A DNA stretch of 64,000 nucleotides from Adineta vaga (lineage: Eukaryota > Animalia > Rotifera), in assembly GCA_021613535.1 (NCBI GenBank), contig CP075496.1, positions 12,462,001 to 12,526,000 of the forward strand. The letters are read 5' to 3'. The translations under genes were made by a program, and so were the position numbers. Shown piece by piece: positions 1 through 10,394 of this stretch. The notes below the pieces were generated by a model. It was not told where the DNA came from. It searched no databases and worked only from the letters and a program-made list of their open reading frames with translations. Every line of letters starts with the position of its first letter. Positions within the stretch are counted from its first letter, which is position 1.

Positions 1-423
1 ATCATTTATTTTAGCACTGAATCTTATTTCCATAGCAACGGTTATCTGATTGGTTATTCATATAAACGAATGATGTGACTGAATAGATGGCAGTTTATTA
101 TAAGTGCATTGATGACTTAAATGCATAACGAAAACAAAGATCGATGAAACAACTTCAGTGTCGGAGATGAAGCATTTTTAGGGAGGCTTGTTTTCGGTGG
201 CCATCTTTGTGGGTGTTGTGTTTGTGCTCTCATCGAACTCGTCACTTTGCTGCGCTTTACGAACGCAAAACCATCCACGAACACACGTAAGAATATAACA
301 GGTAAGAGAGCAAAGAAATCGAGTTATTTTTTCTTTAAATATAAAAAACCACCTCACCATATAAAACAGTCTAAAGTTCAAACCTTCTTATCTTATTCTA
401 GTTAGATTCTATAACAAAGCGCA

Positions 424-1478
424 ATGTCAGTGGTAAGTCGATGGTTTATTGAATATTTTTATTTACAAATCTATCTATATGATTTTGTTTTTGTCTAGAA
501 AGAGAAGCCCAAATTGAGCTTCATCGAAAATTTTGCACTCAGTGGAGTTGCTGCTGTCGTTTCAAAAACAGCAGCTGCACCAATTGAACGTGTAAAATTA
601 CTCGTCCAAAATCAAGGTGAAATGATTAAACAAGGTACACTCACCGAACCATACAAGGGTGTTATGGATTGTACTGTCAGAACTTTCAGAAGTGAAGGTC
701 TCATTCCGTTCTGGCGAGGCAATTTAGCCAATTGTATTCGATATTTTCCCACCCAGGTTTGATATTAAGGTTGAAAACATCAATATAAAAATACCAATTC
801 TTTGCTTTTCTTTAGGCTTTGAACTTTGCTTTCAAAGACAAGATCAAAGTAATGTTCAAACAAAATAAAAATGATCCATACATGGTCAATTTTGCTAAAA
901 ATGTTGCAAGTGGTGGTGTGGCTGGTGCATTATCATTATGCTTCGTCTATTCACTTGATTATGCTCGTACACGTTTGGCAAATGATCTTAAAAGTACGAA
1001 GAAAGGTGGTGGTGAACGTAAATACAATGGTCTCGTCGATGTTTACAAGAAAACATTGGCCACCGATGGTGTTGCCGGTCTCTATCGTGGTTTCGTCATT
1101 TCATGTGTCGGTATTATTATCTATCGTGGTTGTTACTTCGGTTTCTATGATACCTTGAAACCAATCTTACTTGGACCAGATGCCGGCCTTCTCCTTTCAT
1201 TTTTACTTGGTTATGGTGTCACAGTTACATCAGGTCTTATTTCATATCCAGTCGATACTATTCGACGACGTATGATGATGACATCAGGCCAAGCTGTCAA
1301 ATATAAGGGATCAATGGATTGTATGTTCCAAATTGTTCGCTCGGAAGGTGTTATTTCCTTATTCAAAGGAGCTGGTGCCAATATTCTCAGAGGTATTGCC
1401 GGTGCTGGTGTCTTAGCAGGTTTCGATAAATTGGTACAAGTCTATACTGGTATCAAAGTCGATACCAGCGGTGGTTAA
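424..1478 (+). CDS. ANT: Mitochondrial ADP/ATP carrier (adenine nucleotide translocase, SLC25 family), 3 exons: 424-432, 499-756, 817-1478
   Basis: Carrier motifs PIERVKLL and [11 protein letters not shown] (RRRMMM ADP/ATP carrier signature), plus RYFPTQALNFAF. GT-AG introns join the exons in frame (ATG TCA GTG|gtaagt...tctag|AAA GAG AAG). Confidence 0.96.
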
Positions 1479-1944
1479 GAAAAATCTATATAGATGATAT
1501 ATTACACAAAGTCATCTCAATCAGACTATCCTCTAGTTTCCATTCACCTCCTTCTTACAATTTTTTCTAGCTTATTGCGGAAAAGAACGTAGATTCCTTC
1601 TTCTTCTTTTACTCTATTCTAGTACAATTTTGTTTTTCTCTCTTTCTCTCCAACTGTAGCAGCAGTAAAATGCCTGTGTTCATGTGAATGCGTTTTATTT
1701 TTATTTATAACATCAAAAAGAAGAAAATAACAATAACAACAACATCAAAAACTAACTTTAGTATCTAGTGATGCTTGACATCAAAGTTCATGTAGTTCTT
1801 CTTATGTTGAAATGAAACAGAAAAACTTGACACAATGTGCTAGAATGCAACCTTTTTCTTTTTTTGCTTTTTAGAACATATCACTTATGTTGAATTTAGA
1901 TAAATAAGATTTATTTACACACACAAAAAAATGTTTAAGAAGTA

Positions 1945-3551
1945 ATGTCCATCGATAAACAATCAATTTTACATGATTTATATTTAAAAGATTCAATTTA
2001 TTCGTCAGTTAATTCATCACCACTCATGTTTTCACGTGATTCATCGATGGAAACATTATCAAGTTTTAATATTAATTTTCATTCACACAATTCAACATAT
2101 ACATCAGAACATAGTACCAATCCATCAGGAATTTTATCACCAAGTGATATACCAGATTCTCCACCACGTGGTTGTGATGATGATATCGACATTATTCAAC
2201 AACAACAACAACGAACATCAATTCAACCATTAAATAGTACGCATTCAACTGGAATAACAGTTATTGAACGAGCTGATAAATATATTTATGATGATAATGA
2301 TGTTGATAGTATACGAAATTATGCGACATCACCACTTCGAATATGTTATGATGGTGATGGTGATGATGATGATGATAATAATTCTATTCATTCATCATTA
2401 AGTTCATTAACTTTACCACCACCACCATCGTCATCTTCATCCTCAAATTTTCATGATTTAAGAAATTTAAAACATAATTTAAGTGTCATTAATGAAGAAA
2501 GTTTACATGAACAAAATGAACGTCAACGATCATCAGTTACTATGAGTCATACGACAACAGCAACAACAGATGACGATGATGATGATGAAGATCAAAAAGG
2601 TAAACGTTTACTATTCGAACTTATTCGACAACGTTTACCACATCATCATATGTCACTAACAAGTACATCAGATTCATCATCAAAAATTCATGACGATGAT
2701 GATGATGATGATTATCGAAATGAAACGAAAGTTGCATCATCATCGATGAATGACCAAGTAATTGTCCTATTCAATAGATGATATAATGATTTGTTTTCGT
2801 TTTTCTTTTCTATTTTTCATTAGACAATGCGTGAAGATTCTTCGAGTCATGGTATATCATCACATGATGTAACAATTCCTTCTTCAGCAATGCAAGAAAG
2901 TGGTTATGATAGTTTACTACCAATGGGTTCAGCACCAAAACGATCTCTATCAAATGCTTCACTTTCAACAACACGTTCAATTACAATTAAAAAGAAACAT
3001 CGATGTGATGAAGAGAATGATGATCCAATGAATGGAAATAGTAATACAGATCTAACGGATGATGATGATGAACATTATGATAAAAAAGCGGGTGAAGCTC
3101 TCTTACGAAATCTTATTGCTCAAGTTTTACCATCATGTAAAGAATTTTCATCGGTTGAATAACAATGTTAATAATCTATTGTTTTCCTTTAGTTAATCCT
3201 CGATATTTAAATAATGACGATGAGGAGGAAGATGATGTTAGAAGTAATCCTCGTCGACCTTCACCAACAAGTCAAACATATAGTAGTAGTAATGCATCAT
3301 CAGTTCGTTCTGTTGATATTGAAATTGAAATAAATAAAAAAAGTGAAAAAAATCTTTGTATTCGTTCAAACAAAAAAACTATTACAGATATTATTCAACA
3401 AGAAAAAGTAAAATTTTTTCGATAAAATTTCGTGGTTTTTATGTAATATTTACTTGTTTAGGTTCACTCCAAACGTTCATATATTCATAGACCCGTACAT
3501 CAAACAAAAGCATCTGAACTACGTCGTCTTCAATCTCAAACACGTCGATAA
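1945..3551 (+). CDS. Short APC (adenomatous polyposis coli)-like protein: 20-aa repeat 2 plus region B/CID, degenerate SAMP-like motifs, no Armadillo repeats; exons 1945-2757, 2824-3136, 3193-3407, 3462-3551
   Basis: SPLMFSRDSSMETLSSF...SGILSPSDIPDSP closely matches the APC R2-B signature (TPLMFSRCTSVSSLDSF...SGIISPSDLPDSP). All three introns are GT-AG and keep frame. Confidence 0.72.
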
Positions 3552-5132
3552 AAATTCAACGAATTTTCATTTCAATCAACAATCAATTTTTTTTTTGTTT
3601 TGTAAAAAGTTTCATCTATCTGTCTTTTTTTCTCTCCTTCTGTTCTTTTCTTTTTTTACTACATATGTCAGATATCAAATGTAATCATTACTTGAGTCAT
3701 ATAAACGATTTGTTTAAACCGTCAGCTTTCTTACCAATGAAGTCAATTTTTTCTGTCTTGTTTTCTTTTCATATTCACTTAGTGTCTATCGAATTTTTTT
3801 CTTAAAGAAAAAAATAATAAAATAATTGATTAAAGTAAAACTTGTCAACCGTTACGAAAGTACTCGTAGATGTACCATAATCGAAAGGTCAAATAGAAAA
3901 GGTATATTCATTTTCGAAATATCATTAGAATAGTTGAAAGAGAGATAGTAGTAGATGAACATTTTACTAGATAAAACATTGATAGTTCATGGGTTTAAAC
4001 ATATCTTTGATATGAACTGTAGCTCTTTATTTATATCATACACCATCAGACATTCGTTATATTTTTGTCGTAGATCTTGATGTTTGTGTTCAGTTTCGAT
4101 AGAATTCTATGAATAAACAAAACAAAATTTTATTTCTCCAAGTCTTTAGTATATTTTTTCTTTATAACACTCATATATTGCCATAATTCACAGGTGATAG
4201 TTCTTTATTAACAACTAGTTTCTAGTCTGTTAGCACACCAAATACCAATCGATCAAAATGAAGTCTTTTCCATTTCCATTCTTGTTCCTAATTCACATCT
4301 TAAAATTCATCTCGAACAAAATCGTAGAAGAAAAGACTTTTATTTTATTCTTTTAACGATTTATACAGTTACAAATAATGTATTCATTTATTTCTATGGT
4401 CTTGAAAGAAAAAAAAATGATTCGATTTATAAATCTTTATTTATTCTACAAATTACCTTGACTTTAAATATTATTCTAATATATATTCTTATCAACGTTA
4501 ACATAAACGTGTATATTTTATTGCCCATTTACATATAAAATATCATCTATTTAGTTTATTTCTAACTAAATAAATAATTGTAACCTTTATCATTTTCAAA
4601 ATCGTGTTCTCTGAGATTTTTTCATTCATTTTTTTGATAACTTATCATGATAACATTTCATATTATCATTCCTGAAATAAAGAAATTAGAAAAGAAGTAA
4701 ATGTAGAAATTTTCTGAATTATATCACTAAATCATTCGATTACTTATTTGTTTTCCTTATATGCTTTTATTCTTGCTTACTTTGTTTCTGATTCAGCAAC
4801 AAAAATATCGACAAAACAACAAAAAGAAAGAAAAATGAATCAACGAAAAAAGAAAACAAACAACAAAATTTTCTGGCCTGTTGTCCTTGTTTTTCTCTTC
4901 TCAATGCAGTCATTTAGATGTCTACAAAATAAGAAGAAGGAACTATTTCATCAGTAGATATGATCTACTCATTTTGTTTGTCTGACTTTACAATATACAC
5001 AACACAGGCGCTATCAGACAGACAAACAGCAAAAACAAAAAAAGAATTCATACGCGCACACACACAAAAAAAGGGAAAGATAGAATGACATGAAAATTTA
5101 AAGAATAGTTTAAGAATTAGTTAAGGTTTTAT

Positions 5133-6126
5133 TTAGGCTTTTTGTTTTGGTCCTGGAGCAAAACGACCACCGGCACCACGAACACGATTCATGGCATGTC
5201 GATGACGGGATTCATGAAGAAATTTACGCTAAAAAACAACAAATCAATATAATATTATCAGTATGAATTATAAAGAAGTTATTTTCCTTTGAAACATACT
5301 TTACGTTCACGTGGAATCCGTCCTTCTGCTTCAAGTTTAGCACGAGCTGCACGTCGTTTTAATATTCGATTATATTGTTTGGCATTTACATACAATGGTT
5401 CTTCTTCAGTTGGTTCTGATGTTACAGTTGTTTGAGCTGGAGTTGATGCTGATGATGCATTCAAACCACTTGTTTGCATTTGAACAGCTTGCAATTGTCC
5501 TGAATTACCAGGTACCATCTACAAAAAAATAACAACAATAAAATAATGTAAAATTTATTAGTAAATCTCAACCATAATAACAGTTCCGTTTTGTGAATTT
5601 GCTGTTGTTGCTGTTTGAGTTTTTGTTGGCGTCGATAATTGTACAATTTGTTGTCCATTACCACCAAGTTGAAGAGCACCAGCTGGAATAGTTATTGTCT
5701 GTGGTTGTTGTGTTGTTTGAAGATTATTTAATTGTAAAACTAGAATGAAAATTCATCATATGAAATATGTTAAAAATAAATTATTTGTTTTGTTACTTTG
5801 TCCACCGACTTGTACATATTGTGTTTGTTGTTGCTGATGTTGTTCAGCACTTTGTAAAATTATTAATTGACCATCAGCTGTCTGAAGAATTTGCCCTTGT
5901 GGTAATGTTGTCGATGTTGAATTTGTTGTAGGTGATGTACTTGCTTTAAGAATAATCTTGAGAAAAAAATCGAAAAAATCAATGAAATTTTCATAGAATT
6001 ATCTATAAATACTTGTTGTCCATTTCCGAGACTTGTTCGTTGTTGCATAAAATCATTATTATTTAATACAATAACATTCCCACCTGTTGTTCCCGAAGAA
6101 TTCTGTTGAGTGCCAGATGTATCCAT
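5133..6126 (-). CDS. NFYA: Nuclear transcription factor Y subunit alpha (CCAAT-binding factor B/HAP2), multi-exon
   Basis: EEPLYVNAKQYNRILKRRAARAKLE followed, after an intron, by RKFLHESRHRHAMNRVRGAGGRF. Q-rich N-terminal exons. Confidence 0.95.
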
Positions 6127-6427
6127 TTTGATACGGACTACAAAAATAAAAATCCTCATGAATCATATTTTATCAAATAAAAAAATCTATTCTGAGTAAA
6201 GAAGAAAACAACAAACAAATTTTTATGTTCAATTATCGAATATACCTCATCAATAATGGTTTTGGATTCTTTTTAATCATTGTAAATAACATCAATAAGA
6301 ATTTCCTTCAGTAATTTTTATATATTTTTTTTCACTGTTTGTTATGTTCTTTTTTTTTCTTCTTCTCTCTGTCTCAAACTCAACTGGTGGGAATCGGACA
6401 ACCAACCCGAGCTTCGTTGCTACTTAC

Positions 6428-6584
6428 ATTGGTCGCAAATGGTCCAACTAGAGCGAGATTTTCACTATTGGCGCACAGCTTGGTTAAGTTTCCACCAGCC
6501 GGTAACACGGAGAAGGAGAGGGAGAGGAAAAAAAGAAAACGTCGACGTTAACAATCAAATGTGTATGTGCAAGGGTATAATTGG
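6428..6584 (-). promoter_or_regulatory. Three CCAAT boxes upstream of NF-YA
   Basis: ATTGG on + (CCAAT on -) at 6428-6432, 6467-6471 and 6580-6584, in a GC-richer stretch just 5' of the first exon. Confidence 0.5.
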
Positions 6585-9059
6585 TCGATAGGTTTTCATT
6601 TTCTTTTCTTTTTCTCTTTTGCGTTCTGTCAATTCTTTAACGAACTCCGACAGCTTCGTCGTCGTCGTCGATAGTAAAGCGAGCACACTCGCGTTAAAAC
6701 ATCAGCAGCAAGAACGACATGTAAAGAAAAAAGTTCGACTCGACGGAAGCAGACACAACAACGAGTCGGTCATAAGAAGAAACAAGCAAATATAGAGAAG
6801 GAAAAAATGAAGAAAAGAAAGAAATGATAGATTAGTCAAAAGACCTATTCTTTATAGACAAAATGAAAAGAATCGTTGACTGACAAGCTTGTTCCTTTGT
6901 AATGAAAATCTGACTTATTCATAAAATCGTACTGTACGATCTATATGAGAATGTTCACGAAGTTGGAAAGATTCAGAAACAAACACACACACATATATAT
7001 ATATATACTTTAATTGTTAGTATATAGTGAGATGTTTTTTTATCAGAAGTTTTATTTAGAATTGATAAGGAAAAATGAGGCTGTTCGTACGAATTACAAG
7101 AATGAAATTATTAGCAAATGTTTTGTTTAACAGACATACACAATTGAACAATTAATCCTTTGTATATATATACATATATAATACGTTGGTGATAGTATTG
7201 AAACATTCAGTGTCAGATTTGTGAATTAAAATAAATCAAACTATACTCATAAAACAGAAGATCCGTGTAACATTTGGAACATTGATACGTTTACCCATCC
7301 ATGAAATAATAGTACCTTGAGCTTACTCATATCTTGAATAGAAGTAGATAAACGAATGATTGTTATATCAAATTTATTGAATATAAGACTAGTTATTCAT
7401 TCTTAATCTATTGAACAAATTAAATTTTACAAGAAAATTTATGGTAAATGATTGTTTTGTTTCGAATGTGATTTCAAGCATACTGTTAATAATTCTATTA
7501 ACAATCTTTATTATGTTAAAGCAAAAGAGTAAAACTTTCGCTTGAAATAATTTGATAGAAATATTCGTGACATTGGCAACAGTCATACATCTTTGCCGTT
7601 CAAAGAGAACATAATTATGTTTTGATGAAATACAACAAAAAAGTCAAAAGAATGCCATACACCATAATGAACTATCTTTCGTGCATTCTAATCAAAGTTT
7701 CACAATGGTTGAAAGCACAAATTGTTTCAAATGAAATATTATCTCATCAATGCTTTACAATTGAATGAAATACAAATTTAAAAAGAATAAAAATAACTTT
7801 ATAATAGGTTTAAAATTTAAGTTAAGCGTTTCTTTACGTAAGTATTACTAAAGTTTGTTTGACATTTGTAGGATGATAGAAAGACATGGTAAATGGAATA
7901 TGATACCAATGAAAGTGTCTTTCAAAATTTGTATTCCATACAATAGGATTCTTAGTGTATTTACATGGTTTCGTGATTTTTCTTTTATTTATTGCAATAT
8001 AATGCATAATTTACTTTGTTATAGTTTAATTAAGAAGGAATTTATGAGAATAGATCGAGTCTAATCACTTTTAGAAAAAGGGTTTTCTTTTATTAAATAT
8101 TTAATCGTCGGAAAATAAGTTTTGTTGAAAATGTCCTGGATAGTTCTTCTTATAGTGCAAAATGAAGCTTTTGTCTAGAAACTTCTATGATGAAGATCGA
8201 TTACTATAATTATTCGCATCTTTCTCGTTCATCTTTTTAATTTAGATAGACGGATACTAGATTCGCATAACCTTAATGGATTTTTAAAGAAATAAGATGA
8301 AATGTGTGGATTCAATGAGAAAATGTGTATTTCCTGTTCAAATCGTATGAAAATATCTTATTTCAATACCTATCCATTGAAAGCTTTGTCAATCTAGGAT
8401 TCTATATGACTATGCTAAAAATATGAGCGAGAAATTAATAAGGAATCAATCGTTATTATAGTTACTTCGAGATAACAACTTTACTCTTGATTATATTAAG
8501 TACTATTTAGAGATTTTCTTTGATCAAATCAATTTCATAGTCATTTCGACATATAAAATAGTTTGTTAAATATTTAATAGTAAGATGATGGTATCTGCCA
8601 ATTATTGACTAAAACTAAATGAAAGATAAATATGAATAATTCTAATCCAATTTCCGAAATATTTTCATCGTGATCAAGTCATCAAAAGAAAAACATAACC
8701 TTGTAAATCAACATTGATAAATGAACGTGTTCAGTGCAAAGTCGAGTATGATCTTTCGGTGATTCTCTATACTAGTAGTAAATTGAGCTTTTTTCAACTC
8801 AATTATAATCAACAGATAGATCTGTCAGTAGACAAAGAATTTTTTTCTTCTATGTTATTTGTAAAAACAGCATGAAGCAACACTTATCTTTTAGTCTACA
8901 TCTAAAAACTTCTTGTATATATAGAATTATTATGCTACTTTGATAATAGAGTCTTTAGTTTTCCAGGTTTTTTATTCAGCTTAACGCCGATACTCGTTGT
9001 CTTTATTTGAATAAATGAACATCTGCATGTCATAAGTCATCATTAACAGTTTTTCTTTT

Positions 9060-9469
9060 TCAATGAGGTAAATGAGAATGTAACTGATGAGAATATAAAA
9101 TTATTATATCTTTCCCATATTTCTTCATTTTTATTATCGTAGATTTTAATGATGCGACAATACGTAAAACCTGACTAAACTTCTTAATTGCATTTAAACG
9201 AGCCATTAGAGTGAATAATCCAGTCTTTTTCTCTTTATCTAACGCCCTCATTTTCTTCTCCAAATCCCCGTATATATATATACCTCAGTTAGATAGATTT
9301 TTTTCTCTATAGAATTCTTCGGTACAGGTAAGTCGACAGCAATAATACTTATGAAACTGGAACATTTAATCTCTGACTTCTTCATATGAATTAAATTGAT
9401 AGTAATGGGGAAATCCTTAATGTGTTTTTGATAAACAGATGAACTTTGCTCGGATGAAATAGGTTTCAA
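9060..9469 (-). mobile_element. Possible highly decayed DNA-transposon (Tc1-like) coding remnant
   Basis: Intronless broken ORFs. MKPISSEQSSSV...DLPVPK loosely recalls Tc1-type transposase N-termini. No DDE motif or TIRs seen. Confidence 0.15.
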
Positions 9470-9796
9470 GTAAGACTATAAAACAAATAGGTTTTTATTG
9501 TTTATTTGAAGAAGACTAGTCTTATGAGAGTAGGTGAATTATACACAAGAACGGTCGATATTTATTGCCGAGGAATGATGAAATGAGAGAAATAGTATGT
9601 TTATTTGCATGGCTTTTTGTACACCCACATAGATCGACAATTAAGTATTGAGCAAATAAAATGCTATTTAACCATTTCTATGTTGTTTCACTTGACTTTT
9701 CCCAAGTCTATCTCTCGTCAGCAAAAACTTCTTCTATGTAATTTAGATTCTTGTTTTAGATTCATTCATTTTCATATCAAATTCTTAATTACCAAA

Positions 9797-10111
9797 ATGT
9801 TGAAACTAATGTGCTCACTTATGGTTTTACTGGTTATTTGCTCGATTTTTCATTGCAATAAGGTTGAAAGCCGAGCACTTCATCAGGTAAAAATTTGTGT
9901 TAATAGATTCAAAGATGTAGTTATTATTTTTTAGAATTCGGAAGATTTCCTCCCATCCTTAATTCAACGTATTCAATCTGGCCGAAACATGAAAGAAATT
10001 CATCATGATCTTGATGATAATGAATATGTCCATGGAAAACGAAAGAGCGATTTTCTGTTATCATTATATGGTTTACCTTACACACTTGTCAACAAACGAG
10101 CTTTTGAATAG
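9797..10111 (+). CDS. Small secreted neuropeptide precursor (88 aa), PDF/cerebrin-like; exons 9797-9886 and 9935-10111
   Basis: Spliced product MLKLMCSLMVLLVICSIFHCNKVESRALHQ|NSEDFLPSLIQRIQSGRNMKEIHHDLDDNEYVHG-KR-KSDFLLSLYGLPYTLVN-KR-AFE. Signal peptide, 48-nt phase-0 GT-AG intron, two dibasic KR sites. Confidence 0.75.
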
Positions 10112-10394
10112 AAATAAAAACAGAAGAGATTTAAAAATCGATATAGTCGATTGCATGTATGAGAATATGTGGAATGCTTCTTTTTATTTTATTCATCTGT
10201 ATTGTACTGTGTTCGTGAATTGAAAGAAGCTTAATTGTCTATTGTGAAAAATAACCATAATATAATTGAATTATATTGACAGAAAAAAAGAATAATGAAG
10301 TCACGAATCTTTATTAAAAAAGATGCAGGTGAAGAGAAACACAAAGTAATGTATGTATATATATGCGTGAGTATAATAGAGGGAAACTACGTTC

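Noticed and set aside
178-381. Minus-strand 67-aa ORF upstream of ANT
   Set aside because: It has a non-ATG start and no homology cues. It overlaps the probable ANT promoter (CCAAT at 49-53, YY1-like GCCATCTT near 200).
8271-8443. Possible MITE with CCTTA..TAAGG ends
   Set aside because: The inverted ends are too short and imperfect, and there is no second copy in the window.
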